This document shows, one piece after another, positions 24,587-38,500 of a stretch of DNA of 64,000 bases. The first letter of the stretch is position 1; each line of letters opens with the position of its first letter. A program made the translations under genes and the position numbers. Below the pieces are notes generated by a model. That model was not told the origin of the DNA, ran no database searches, and was given only the letters and a program-made list of their open reading frames with translations. Source of the DNA: Tubulanus polymorphus (lineage: Eukaryota; Animalia; Nemertea); assembly GCF_964204645.1 (NCBI RefSeq), contig NC_134030.1, positions 15,748,110-15,812,109 of the forward strand, given 5' to 3'.

Positions 24587-27500
24587 ACTCGATCACTGTT
24601 GTGGTGTTCAACGCATGAAAAGAGAAAAAGGTTTTTTTCCAAGCACGCATTACATAGCGAATCTATCTGCCGAGTGTGTAAGCGGCTGCTACCGCCTTGT
24701 GAGTGCGCAGTAGGTGGGCAGAGCATACTTCTCTTAGAATATAGCTGAACCGATAAAATTTTACAATGAACTGTCAGTCTACTGATTGATGATACAACAT
24801 GGTTGTTCTTGGCAATGATATTTTCCTTCAATAAACAAATCTGGTAAAATTGAATGAAATAATCTATCTTTATTGGCGATATCGTATCATGGTTGGGTGG
24901 TAACTTTAGTAAAGGTGTTGCTGCGCGATCACATAACTTACACGGGTTTCAGTCATGAGTAGGCCAACCGTTCTACTGCTCTAGAAATATGTATTCTGCC
25001 GCTGAGAATTCTGTGCCTATTCTTTACTGCCAATGTCAATGCGGACACTACGCGATTGCTTAACCCCCTCTCATCTACTACATAACTATCGAGAAAAATG
25101 CGATGGAATTACTTTTTGGGCCATTAAAACAGAAATCTGGCGAGGCTATCTTGTAGGGAAAAATTGAAACATTATTTGGAATCATTTTTAGCTGTGTCTA
25201 ATGTTTTACGAGAACCGAGTTACAATTTGAAGTTACTTTGTCAAACAATGCTCAAAATCGGCGTATGTAAGTAGATCGTTTTAAATCATGGATTCTACCA
25301 CAAAAATATTCAGACCTCGACCTATTACCTATAGTTCGCTGCTAAGTATTTTCACGTCACAAGAAATTACAATTTATTACAAATTATCGGACAGGAAACC
25401 ACAGCGCTCATCTTCTGCTGATGAAATGTCAAACGTGCACACAGCAGTAAGCAGCATTACAGTATCACTATATAGTAGTGTATACGCCAAAACAGTTTCT
25501 CGTAGAATTTTAACAAAGTTGACCACGTAATCAACGGAGGCTCGCCATATCTTCCATCGCATCGATTACACGTCGTTTAAGGGCTAGAACCAGAAACAAA
25601 TACTTACATTAAAAAAAACGTAGCGTGATTTTACATAGTTGGCTCAATGCCAACTTCAATATCGCTAACAAAGGTAGACCAAAAATGAATACCTTGTTTC
25701 TTGTTTCGGGTCAACATTAAAGCTCAGCAGAATGGAGAAACAAGGTATTACTTTTTTTGCGTAAACACTGCAGGTTATGTTATTAAGCACACTTCGCTCT
25801 CTAACCCATTATCTATTAATCTATCCCTTCAAGTTGTATATGAGCATGCACAAATCATTAACCCATGACAGGGATTTGAACCTGATAATATCGCTCAACT
25901 CAGCCCTAGCGCGGAACCCTGCCACACTAGACCGGCCATGAGCCGCAACTGAAGCGAAAAAATTACAATTTCGTTTCGTATTTCATTTCATACTTTAGCA
26001 GGACCCGCGAAAGAATGGCCATTTCGTTTCGTTGTTTAGCATTTCTATAGGCATTTGTTTGGTACTTCAGCATTTCATAAATTCGTTTCATATTCGTAAT
26101 TTCATAGGTTCGTACTTTAGAAGTGCCCCATTCAAAGGGCCTTAGCTCTGGAACCACTTCATTTAAATGCGGCCTAAAAAGATGTACAGTGAACCCCCAC
26201 TGTTTAATGCAAGGTAGGTTAACTTGACGAAGCAGACATCAGTTTATACTGCCCTCCCCCTACGCCTACCGCCAGGTTTTCTCAATGTAGTAAAACACCT
26301 CCGATATACCACCATACTCTCTATACGCCAAAATCGTTCAGCACCAATGTGGCCCGTATACATCGGGGGTTGACTGTATGTGCAGTTTTTTCTGATGTCA
26401 AAATTAATGGAACTAGACCTTAGTTACAAGCCTTTGCCTTTTTAATCCGGTTACAGTTTGGCTTGTTTAATGAGTATTTCCAAGGAGACAAGGGTGGGAG
26501 GTTTTTATTCTTAAATCCAAAAATTATTCACTGTGTAATACTTATATGAGACAAGGGCGGGAGCTTTTCAGAGTCTCAATCCATAGAGGATTCCAAGACA
26601 TGTTCATTTGCTTATTTTCTTTATCTAAAACATTGACACTACAAAATTTCAAACAAATGCAGTGTAAAATGGCATATCATCTCAAGGGTCACATGCCAAA
26701 TCATTTTGTGATCTGAATTGCTGGGAATGTCATTCTTATCATATCTAAACTCTGTATACACTAAGAACACTAGTCTAATTTTTCTCTTGATTGACTGCTT
26801 TATTAGGACACAAGAGTACAACCTATTGAAAGTCTCTTCTACTCGATCATTTGACTTGCTCCAGTTCATCACAATAAAATTTAAATATTAAGTAAGTGCA
26901 CTACTTACACATAATACTAACTATAGATAAAAGCGAAATGCATGAAAAAATATTACAAAGCGTCATCACGCGCATTGTTTTTATTTCCAAAAGACAGAGC
27001 CAACCATAAACAATCTGACGCTTGTTTCGGACTTAATTACTTTCTTTTTATTTTGGCTTTCAGGGTGACGCGGGCATATTTGCGATTTGATGAGAAACAA
27101 GGTATCAATTTTGATCCATCAAATGCGCTTGGAGAAAACCAAAATTTCAAAATTAATTTTACAATTACTTTTGTGCCCTTCACCAGTACCTTAGTGCCCC
27201 AACTTCCATAGATCCTGGCTCCGCCCTTGGTTTTGGTTGCAAATTGCTCGGCGTTTGTTTTTCAACAGATTTGATCACTCTGTGCCTGCTCTTCATTGGA
27301 TTATGACTGATAATAAACTTGTAGTAGTAAACTCATGGAACCGTTCATTATTCTATGTGAAAAAAGTACTGTATCAAGTGTATTAGAGATAGTCAATTAA
27401 TGTAAACTATGTCAGTATTCAATGTAGGAGCATTTAATAAATATGTAGCATTTGAAAACCAATTATTTTTATCATTCAGTGCCTGATATTCATAATAAAC

Positions 27501-29386
27501 TACTAATTGAATCATTCAAATTTTCAGGAATATAGCAACAAAAATTCTGTTGCCAAAATTGCCTTGACTTTGAAAGAGCACAAAGAAATCCTCAACAACT
27601 ACAACAATTCACAACTACATTATCAACATATTTTTCTAGCATAAGTTAACTTTTATTATTATCATTAGTTTCAATTGAATAAAAATCATTCCTCAACACT
27701 TATAAACTCCATAGTGCCGATAACTATTTGAACAGTGTAGCCCAGAAAAAAATTATCAGTCCAGAAATTAATTATTATGGTATGTTAATCATACTACATG
27801 TAATTAAAAGATATTTTGTTTCATCCACATCTTAGGTGTTTACTAACTTGTGAGTTAAAGGGCATGCATGAGCAGCATGCATTTACTCACAAAATCATAA
27901 AAAGACTTCAACACTTCAATTATAAAAACTTACAACCAACGATTAGGTTACTAAACACCCATAGCTTGTGCGAGAAAAATTCTTTTGATTAGAATAACTA
28001 TGGCTAACACAATTTAATTAATTTGATTTTCTGACAACTTTTTAGGGCCTTATGGTAGAAGCTGTGTCTATGCTAGAGACTGAAATCCTCACTTTAATTC
28101 CTTGATTTATACTTCCAAAAACGGAATGCAACAATAAGGAACATGATTTTTCAACTTCGATTATTCTCGGAAGTGAGGTTCTTTCTGTGGCCAAAACGTA
28201 TCATGTAACTCCCCAGTCAGATATTCATGACGCAATTTTGAGAAGTTGCCTCCTTATCATTTTTTTACTGTGACTTGATATGTTTAATACTCAACAGTCT
28301 ATGTCCCAGTCACAACCTCCTCTGAGCATTAAAGATTTTTCATACTTTTGGGTGAAAATTTCTCAAACTTGTTATTCGGATTTCCAATAATCCAGATAAA
28401 AATCCACAATCCATTAGGATCAGGATTAAGTGATTCGACTGTTTAATGGAATTAGAAAGAATTTATTCATCATTGATAACAGCCTGGTAAAATATGTACG
28501 TTTTCGAAAGGATATCTGGTTGTTCTTCAAATACTCAGAAATTGATCATGAAATACAATTTTAAATCTAAAAATAAAACGCAGAAGGAAAACAGTAGACG
28601 ATACTGTGGCTTCACGTGAACACTTGCTGATTTCTGCGGCTAACCCAATCATAGCGGAGACTTTGCTTTCTGATTGGCCTTTTAAAACTGATATGCTTGT
28701 GTTCAAACTTATGCGAAACAATCTGCTCCACAGTCTATCATTGCATTATAGCACACAAGGGGCGTACTCTTTTATCAGATCAGAGAATCCGTTTGCCTCC
28801 AATCATGATTAGGATTTTGCGTGGAGCCAACCAGGGATTTCGGATGGAGACTTCGGAGGTCATAAAAGAGTACACCGAAGCATCTATACAGCGATATCGA
28901 CGACATGAATGTACTTAATATTGTGGCGTGTAGTGATTTCATAAATCACTGCCGATGATGCTCACATGCAATAGAATTCGAGCTTAAAAAATCAAAGCTA
29001 TAGAATTCAATTTTGTTATCAATTCATGCTTCATGAGGTACTATGAAATTAAATGGCATAATTGACACTATTACTGCAATGAAAATTTTACAACTTTCGA
29101 TGGAATATTCCACGAATTTTATTATGCAAGTTATTTTGTAGCGAAACCAGTGAGTCGATGACGACAATATGGAATTCACTAACACAATAGTCCATAAAAA
29201 TTGGAAGAATGCTGAATAATCATGAATTAATGAGGTAAAAATAAGTTAATTGCAGAGATGAGTAAGGGAAAGGGACACCATATTTGATCAGTTTAAAAGT
29301 AAGTTCAAGTATAGACACAGCGTCAATTATCATAGACATTCGATTATACATAAAAATCTATAAACATTCTATGCATTCAGTTAATG

Positions 29387-29527
29387 TTATTTTTTTCGAT
29401 CTAGAACCATATGTGTAATTGATATAAGAGCCTCACGTGCCATGGATGGTTTCAACTGTTTTATCTGATTTATCGCTTGGCAACAATGATTTTCGGCTAA
29501 CAATCGAGTCTGTTGAATTCCATCACT
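29387..29527 (-). CDS. PDSS1: PDSS1 last coding exon (SDGIQQTRLLAENHC...VLDRKK*)
   Basis: TTTTTAG acceptor and TAA stop; matches the PDSS1 C-terminus. Confidence 0.9.
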   Translation of the reverse strand, partial: SDGIQQTRLLAENHCCQAINQIKQLKPSMAREALISITHMVLDRKK

Positions 29528-32500
29528 CTAAAAATGATTGAAAAAATCATCTTTTAAGACAATACAACAAATTTAAATAAATAGTTCACTACCTATTTCC
29601 CCCACTACAGCCAGCTTTGCATGAAATGATCAAAATTCTGGTTATATATGAGACAAAATACACTTTCTGCTTCAACATTTTTAACACAGTACAATCATGT
29701 TTTTCAAAGGTTCAATTGAATTAGATTTGACTTTCTCAATAAAATGAAATCACATCTTGATTTTTTTCTTGTTTAATAAAAATTGGTGGAATTTATGATA
29801 TCTAGGTCATCATAGCCTAATGCCAATTTGAGAAAACTCTAGCAAATTTGTCAATAATGAATTTTCTCCTCCCAGAAATCAAATCAGTTAAGATTTCACA
29901 GAGATTTCACCTTCAAATGAAATTTTTTTAATCATAAGATAAAACACCAAAATAAGATAAAATATAGCGGCAAAGCAGCCATAACAGGTTTTCTGAGTTG
30001 GTTGAAATGTCGTACATAGATTTTGTCTAAATGAATATCAAATCAGTAAGTAAACAAGGTAATTTTGAAACTACGTATCTACGTCACCCCCGATAGCCGG
30101 TAGAGAATGACCCCTGAAGAAATTGATCTTTGATATCGAACAAGAGCCCCAAGGGGCACTATGGCCAGCCTGTCAGCTTTTCATAAAATGGCAAATGATG
30201 ATGCATTCTGTGGGTTAAATTTATCAAAATACACTCCTAGCTGAGAGTCATACCTAATAATCTACACAATACAATCGTAGAATACAAAAGTAGCACAGAC
30301 AGCGAATGGATCTGGCAGGAACAAATACCTGATAAATCCTTACCCTTGGTCTCATTGATTTTAATGTGGAATAGAATTGAATTTTCTGAAATTTGCTAAA
30401 TAAAACACAATTGAATTGGATTTGGTGTTTTTATTTGTTCAATAAAGAAAATTGAATTAGATTTGATATTTTTTGCAGAATAAAATTTAATTGAATTTGT
30501 AGTTTGAGCACATGGCTAATTAGCATATCAAGGTCATCTATCCGATTTGAGAAAAAGCAATTATTCCCGGACTTTGCACAATGGTCAATAATATTTTCTG
30601 TACTGCTAATAAAAATTACAATTTTTAGTATGAAAATTTGTATTCCCGAGTATACTTACCTGCAAAACATACTAGCCAGTAACCTTAGCTTGCTGGTATA
30701 ACCGCCCGAAATTCAAATTGGCCTACTACTACCAGCCGGTGGCGCCACCGGAAGTACGCTCATATAATTCTTGGGTAACATAACCCAATGAGCGGGGAGG
30801 CGGGAGGGACTAAAACGTATGTTTTGCAGGTAAGTATACTCGGGAATACAAATTTTCATACTAAAAATTGTAATATTCCCTTCATATGCATTCCCTGCAA
30901 AACATGCTAGCCAGAATCCCACAGATTAGGAGGGACGGCCAAGTTGAAAAACAAATACACCCAAAAAACGAACACAGACCCCCAAAAATAAGGAGAACTA
31001 TGCTCACCTTTCGAGCTGAAAGACAGCGACCCGAACGAATGAGATCCGATCCCTGCCGAGACGCTCCAAGGGTTAATAAAAATACACGGGTAGTCCCCTC
31101 TGTCCTACCACAACATCGCATACCCAAGAAAAAACAAAAATTACTTGGTAATTACAGTACATGTCCAATTTCATCCCTGTGAAACCCAGACAGTAAACAA
31201 AGCGAACTGAAACACAAGATTCCCTGAATCGCAGGCAAATCCTTCCAGTGAAAAAACCCTAATCCCCTGGACCCGACAGAAAGGGGTCCGCAGGAATACG
31301 CGAGTCAACCGGCTTAGGGGGACGCCTAACCCCTTGAGCCATAACTACAGAACCAATGGCCGTTAACGACCCTAACTGGCCTGACACGTCACGAAGATAG
31401 AAGGACGAGAACGTAGAGGGGGAGCCCCAGAAGGCCGCCTTACAGATTGCATCAATAGACGCGCCCATGAAGGCGGACCAAGAAGAAGCAAGCGATCTGA
31501 CCTGATGCGAAACTACTTCCTGGGACTCTAGGGCTCCTTCCCTATTTAAAGCCTCTTTAATCAAGGTCCCACAATCCATCTCCCTACTGTATCTCTAGAG
31601 ATATCCCTGTCCGAATTCTCCATTAGAGACAAAAACAACCTTTCCCTCCCCTTTCTAAAGGGTAAGGTGCGAGCTAAATAAGCTTTGAGCGCCCTGACTG
31701 GGCAGAGAGCCCCATCTGGCAAATCATCCGAAACCCGATAGGCTAAAGCCGGTATAGTCCATGACCTCCCTGCCGACGACGATTTTTGGTTCTTGGCCAA
31801 AAAACCAAGCCCAGGCCTCAAGGTGACCGAGCGATCAAGTGGACCAAAAACCACATGACCAGGCCTCACCGACAGAGCATGGAGCTCGGACCTCCGAGCT
31901 GCCATAGCCAAGCATAAAAGGAAAGCAGTCTTCCTGGTCAGTCTAGCCAAAGAAAGAACTTCTAATGGCTCATAAGGACGCTCCATTAAGTATTTCAAAA
32001 CCACAGTCAGATCCCAAGGAGGAATATCTCTTGACAACCCCGGCCGCTGAATCGAAAAACCCGCAATTAATTGGGCTATTCTAGGGTCATCTGTGACCGA
32101 TGGACGACCTGCGGCCTTCAAGGTGTGCGCTATAGCCCTTGATAGTCACCAACAAGAGAAAATCTGCCACATCTACAGCGGGTAAGAGACAATCAACTTG
32201 TCGCCCACCGCACCAATCCTGGAACAGCTGCCACTTGGAATCATACTGGGCCCCAGTGGACGACCTCCTAGACCCCAGGATAAATTTGGCAGATGCCGAC
32301 GAAAAACCTTGAGTCTGCAAGGATCGCTCGACAGTGGCCAAGCGTGTAGATTGAGCCATTGCAGGTTGGGGCCCTTGAGGCAGGAGAAACGGTTCCTGAC
32401 GAAGCAGCCTGGGATGGTCGCAGAGTAGATGTAACAGCCTCACGAACCACGACTGAGCCGGCCAGCAAGGAGCTATCAGGAGAACGTTGCACGACTCCGT

Positions 32501-35500
32501 GTCCTCGATCCTGGACAGCACCTGATTCAGCAGAGGAGAGGGCGGAAACGCATAAGCGTGCAGACCCTCCCAATCTATCGACAGGGCATCCACCTGCCAC
32601 GCCATTGCATCTTGAAATGGGGATACGAACACCGGGCACCTGGCGTTGAACCTGGTCGCAAAAAGATCCAATACAGGGTGGCCCGTCAGAGACTTGACCC
32701 TGTTGGCCACAGACTGGTGAAGTACCCATTCCGTCGGGATCGCTTTGTCCTGACGCGAGAGGGCGTCGGCCACTACATTCCGCGCCCCGGCTAGGTGAGA
32801 CACCGACAACTGAATGTTGTGGGCTTGAGCCCACAACAGCACTTTCGTCGCTAGATGACAGCTGGAATGACCGGGTGCCCCCCTGATTTTTCAGATAAGC
32901 CCGGACTGTTGTATTGTCGGTCACTACCCAGACATGACGGCCCTCAAACCTCAGGGCCTTCAACACTGCCAGAAGCTTGAGGTAGTTTATATGAAACTTC
33001 GACTCCCGGTCCGACCACACCCCCACCGCGACTCCTCGATGTGAGCACCCCATCCGTAATGGCTCGCATCCGTATACAGATAGACTGGAGCATGGAGCGG
33101 GCTAGGGATGCTCCCTGCGTCACATTCCGTGGAAGCATCCACCATAGAAGGGCGCCCAACAGATGGGGGGGGGCGTGGGGGGCATAAACGCATCCCAACT
33201 GAGACTTAAGGCAGCGCACGAGGTCTTCCCAGACCTCTGCAGCGGCCTGCCCAATGGAACTATGGCTGACATGGAGCTGATCTGACCCAGCACCCTGCTC
33301 CAATACCGAGCAGAGTGGGGAACTCCCTGTAACAGAGGACGAAGAGCCTGGCACAGCTTCAGTACTCTGGCTGCGGTGGGGCGAACGCGTCCCTGTCGCA
33401 AATCGAAGTCCATACCGAGGTATGTGAACTCCTGAGACGGCGAAAGCCGGGACTTCTCTGTGTTGACTCTGAAGCCCAGGTCTTGTATCATGCCGAGGGT
33501 CAATTTGACCCCGCGGCGACACTCCTCGCAAGAGGCCCCTACTATCAGCCAATCGTCCAGGTAGACGTAAAGCCTTACCCCTCGAGATTGCAACTTTTTT
33601 TGAACGGCCCTGACTAGTTTGGTGAAGACCCAGGGTGCCGAGCTGAGCCCGAAGGGCAGAGAACGGAACTGATACACTTGCCCCTTCCACTTCACCCGGA
33701 GATATTTCCTGTAGCTGGGGTGGATAGGGACCTGGAAATAAGCATCTTTTAGATCTATCGATGCTGCCCATTGACCCGGGCGTAACCCTTGAATGATCTC
33801 CTTTGGCGTGGTCATTTTGAACTTTTGACAATCGAGGTACTTGTTCAGCATCGACAGATCTATGACCGTTCTGAGACCTCCGGACGCCTTGGGTACTGTA
33901 AAAATTCTTGAGTACCAGCCCGGAGGCCCTGGATCCTCGACCAATTCCAGTGCCCTTTTGTCCCAGAGCTCTTGAATGGCTGGATCTATGTGCAGCTCCT
34001 GGCCCTGTTTGGGCTTCATGTCCTCCGGGGTCCTGGTCAAGGGTGGCCTCTCTCTGAACGACATGCGATACCCGGTCGAGACAACCCGAGTCAGCCAGGT
34101 ATCGCCAAAAACCGCGGACCAGTGGGAACTGGGAGACTGGTCCCTGGCCAGTGGGAGACTGGTCCCTGGCCTTCAAAGCTCGTCCTTCCTCGCGAACTTC
34201 CGAAACCCCTGTCCTTTCTTGGGGACCTTTTCCCTTCCCCTTGAAGGACCTATTCCGGGCCTCGGGCTTGCCCAACTGCTGTCTAGGGGCTGAACCCCAA
34301 CCAGACTTCTGTTGCAGCTTGGAGGACAAATCAACACCGGAGGTCCCCTGGTCACCCGACTTCTTCGGAATACGCCACACTCCGGGCTTACTCTGAGTTT
34401 CCCTGATCTTCTGTGCCTGGACTGCAGCCGGACAACACCAACTGGAAAACAAGCGAGACGAATCGCCGAGTGGAGCCCTGTATAAGGCCTTCTTCACTGG
34501 GTCCGGAAGTTTGGCATCCTTTAGCAACAACTGACGCGCCACCAGAGCCAAGTTAGCTTGCACCCTTATCGCTAAGGGTACCTGATGGCACAAGGACTTT
34601 GCTATAGACTGTAACAACCTATCCAAGACCACGACCTTGTCGGCTATCCCTACTTTACAATTCTTCACCAAACACGTGCGGATGGGTTCGTTGAAACGAG
34701 AAAACGCGATTAAAATGGGCAACCAGCTCAATGACATTAACCATGCCACCGCGCCAAGAATTATATGAGCGTACTTCCGGTGGCGCCACCGGCTGGTGGT
34801 AGTAGGCCAAGTTGAATTTCAGGCGGTTATACCAGCAAGCTAAGGTTACTGGCTAGTATGTTTTGCAGGGAATGTATATGAAGGGAATATATTCCTCCCA
34901 AAAACCAAATCAACGATCTTGAAATACAATTTTAGATCTAAAAATAAAACCTGGAAGTGAAACGGTAGACGATACCGCGGGTTCACGTGAACACCTGCTG
35001 ATTTCTGTGGCTAAGCCAATCATAGAGGAGTCTTTGCTTTCTGATTTTCAAAACCAATATTTTTGCGATCAGATATTCAGATAAATTCTAACGAGGCCCG
35101 CTTTCAAAATTCAGCTACGTAGAGTTTGGAGAATGGATAATGGATAATGAATGATCTGTATGAATATATGCCCAGTTGCCCATTCAAAGAGCCTTTGCCC
35201 TGGAAACCATGTCATTTAAATTCGCTCCATTTGTATAGTAATAGGCTCAGCCTACAGCTGGCCTAAAAATGATGAGCGAATCCAGGGATAACCATACTAT
35301 GAAATATCAATGTCCTGCTATCAATAGTTATTTAAGAATTGAGTTTAGAGGGTTTGAGGCAAAAGACCTCTACTAACCTGGACCTTCCACCCTAGAACTC
35401 CAAAATCGCTTAGGCACATCCTCTCCCCAGGAGGAATCATATTAAGAAATAGCATCGTCCTATTATCAATGGTTCTTCTTGAATCGTGTTTACAAGATTT

Positions 35501-38500
35501 CATATGAATGACCTGTAGTGACCTTGACCTTTGAACCTTGGACCCCAAAATGGATAGGGCATATCCTCTCCCTAGGGGTAATCATACTAAATATCATAGT
35601 CCTGCGATCAACGATTTTTCTAGAATCGCGTACACAAGGTTTCACATGAATGACCTGTAGTGACCTTGACCTTTGACCGTTCGACACCAAAATCAATAGG
35701 GCAAATCCTCTCCTTAGGGATCATAATACGTAATATCACGGTCCTGCTTGCAATGGTTCTTCTTGAATCACGTTCACAGTGTTTCACATCAATGACCTGT
35801 AGTGACTTTGGACCCCAAAATCAGACAGACGGACGGAGGCAGATACCAAGTCCCCCGCAACAACAACGGTTATTTTATAGAAGCGACAACTAGAGACCAA
35901 CACTAATACCAGATTAAGAGATCAATGTGCTTTTCTAAATACAAACTACTCTGTGTACCTTTGTATTTTGTGAAGCACATTGATCTCTAAGTACTCTGTG
36001 TACCTTAGTCAAAATAGGATGAGGATGTAGTTATAGATATCATGAGCTACAATTTTGCTATTGTCGGATTGATTGGTGGTAACAATCAATCTAAGCATCT
36101 TCAACATCCCATTTAAAACCTCTGCAGAAGTGCGGATTTTGCCGAACTGGATGCAAGTTGGCCATTTTGTTTTCCGATCTGGCTGAAGATTAGGTTAAGG
36201 GTCCAAACATACATTACTAACTATTAATGTTTAATTTGATGCGATCGGCTCAGAAGTCACAGTGTACCTTTACAATAATACAATGAACCTATATTTTCTA
36301 TCTGATCTAAGAGGGATCATACAATGAATCGCAAAGGCATACCGCGGGATTAAGATGCAGGATATATGCCGCCATTGGAAAAGTGTTGATGACTCTTACG
36401 TCTGGGCACATCTTTATGACCATCGTATGGGCGTGTGATCGCATAAGATCATAAAATATATCACAAACGTGTGCTGCTGCAGCACCCAAAGCACCCCTTC
36501 TGGATCCGCGCCTGAATTACTTGCCAAAACTGGATGCAAAAACAAGTTTTCAAAATTTATGCCCCCGGTGGTTCACATTCAGGTACATGCGTAACTGCAC
36601 TTTCCATCGAAATCTCTTAATCCGCTTAGTAGATATCAATGAAAATGCATTTCCAGCAACTTGTAGGTGGCGCTACTGGAGAACCATATGAGTTAACTAA
36701 TTAAACCATACATCAATACAAGTGTCTTGTAAAGGGCTACTGACCACACATTGCAACCCCAAAATCAATCACCAACTGTTAAGGAGCTAGGAGCAAAAAT
36801 CATTGTTTTCAGTCCCCTGGTGGCAGTTGTATGAACTAATCATGCAGGTTGGCATATTAAACACATGTCTATGCAGGGCGTAGCCACTGGTGCGACAACT
36901 GCGACATATGTCGCACCTATAATTGAACGTTATTCTGTATTTACATGGGGGGGGGGGTATCAAGTTCTTTTGAAGATGTCAGTGGTGCTAATACGTACGG
37001 AGGCGTTGGTAATGCACTTGAGATTTTCCGTGTAGGCCACATCTTACCCAGCGACTCAAGCGAGTTTTGTTTATAGTGTTTACGGTATCACATCTGGACC
37101 ATGCACCTGATCTCACAGCATCAAAGTTGCCGAATTCAGAAGACTTTTTTCATATTACTTTAGAGCGACTCAAACCGGTATTCTTCTGGTTATATTTCAC
37201 TGATTCTGTAGGTGTTTTTCGTTCATGAAAAATGGACCATAATAAAGGATTTGACCAAAAAAATTCTGCTCAAGTGCCGAGACATGGAAACCGAGAAAAT
37301 CGAGAGAGTACCGGTATTGATGTACAATAAGCTAACATTAGTTTACTACGTATTCATCAATAAATGGTCAATGGCAGATCCAGCCTACCACTTATATCGA
37401 GGGGTACTCAGGTTTGCCGTTCTATTTTCCTAGTTCGTGGTTTTGACAGGCTCTTGTACTAACATGAATGTTTTATTCCGGGCAAGTATTCTGGAAGTAG
37501 TATAGAAAATGGTGTAAATGAATCTAAACGAAAATAATTAACTTCAAGGGGGATAGATTTTATGCCCCAAATATGCTTAAAGATCGCATCTCAGAGCCTT
37601 GAAAAATCAAAATTTTCTGGGGGAGTGCCCCCTGGTCCCCCGTTTTGTGCTATGATATAGTTACCCTTCCAGTTCAGCAGGACTCAGAAACCGCTCTGGG
37701 AAGGTGAACCATCTGGATCAGCCCCTAGACCAAAGATAACCTTAGAGGCATTATATTATCTACAGAAAAATTATTCAAATATGAGCTCTCATAGCCATCA
37801 GCACGCATCTCAGACATTTTAATGTTCAAAATTTTCTTGGGGGAGGATTGTCGCACGATTGAATTTTAGGTGGCTACGCCCCTGCTATGTACTTTTACCA
37901 CGTTTTGTGATTTTCATAATAAACAGACCGCATTACATGTGAAAAACAGATGCTGAAATGAGTTTTCAAAATTTACGTCCCCTAGTGGTTAGAATAGGAA
38001 CTAATTATGAAGGGTTTGTTGTATTTAGTAACCAGGTACATGTGTATCAATTTTGATAGAAATACCTTCACACGCTTAGTCGATATAGCTGAAAATGCAT
38101 TTTTCAGCGTTTTTAAGGTGGCGCTACGGCAGAATCATGTTATATAGTTATACTGTATTTTCCGGTGAATAAGCTAATTTTTCTAGCCTCAGGCCCAATT
38201 TAAAGAATCAGCTCCATAGGATTTGGAGAATGGATAATGCTTTAATGATTGATTCTAATATATGCTCAGTTGCACAGTCAAAGGGCCTTGGCTCTGGAAA
38301 CCGTGTCATTTAAATTCGCTCCATTTGTATAGTAGAATGGCTCAGCCTACGGCTGGCTTAAAGATATTAAGTATATGATTTGGTCTTGAGTGATTGTTCA
38401 GCATACCTGTTTTACATAATTCCATGCTTGATCGACATCTCCCTCTTCCTTAAATCTTCTCATTATTAATGTATTCAAATCTGGAAACTTTAAAACAAAC

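Larger units (their letters stand above)
30615..34890 (-). mobile_element. DIRS1-type tyrosine-recombinase retrotransposon with intact termini, gag largely deleted
   Basis: ~116-bp ITRs (30659-30774 / 34754-34869). An internal complementary region (30817-30914) pairs with both extreme ends (30615-30672 and 34849-34890). RT, RNase H, MT-like and YR ORF pieces are present. No TSD. It lies in the last PDSS1 intron. Confidence 0.93.
30139..35890 (+). mobile_element. Helentron-associated (HINE/CvA-like) repeat, apparently interrupted by the DIRS element
   Basis: 5' AACAAGAGCCCCAAGGGGC hairpin start. ~143-bp tandem units containing TGACCTTGACCTTTGA (35460-35820) and a CAGA/CGGA microsatellite near 35822. 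Joining the two halves is an inference. Confidence 0.4.

Noticed and set aside
25410-25440. CTGATGA motifs (also at ~4007, ~48083, ~51725) as hammerheads
   Set aside because: No stem II followed by GAAA.
26639-26872. ORF between CFAP45 and PDSS1 as a third gene
   Set aside because: No recognisable motif or exon chain; probably 3' UTR or intergenic sequence.
30652-30662. ATACTTACCTG as the start of a U1 snRNA gene
   Set aside because: The downstream sequence is DIRS ITR, with no U1 stem-loops or Sm site.
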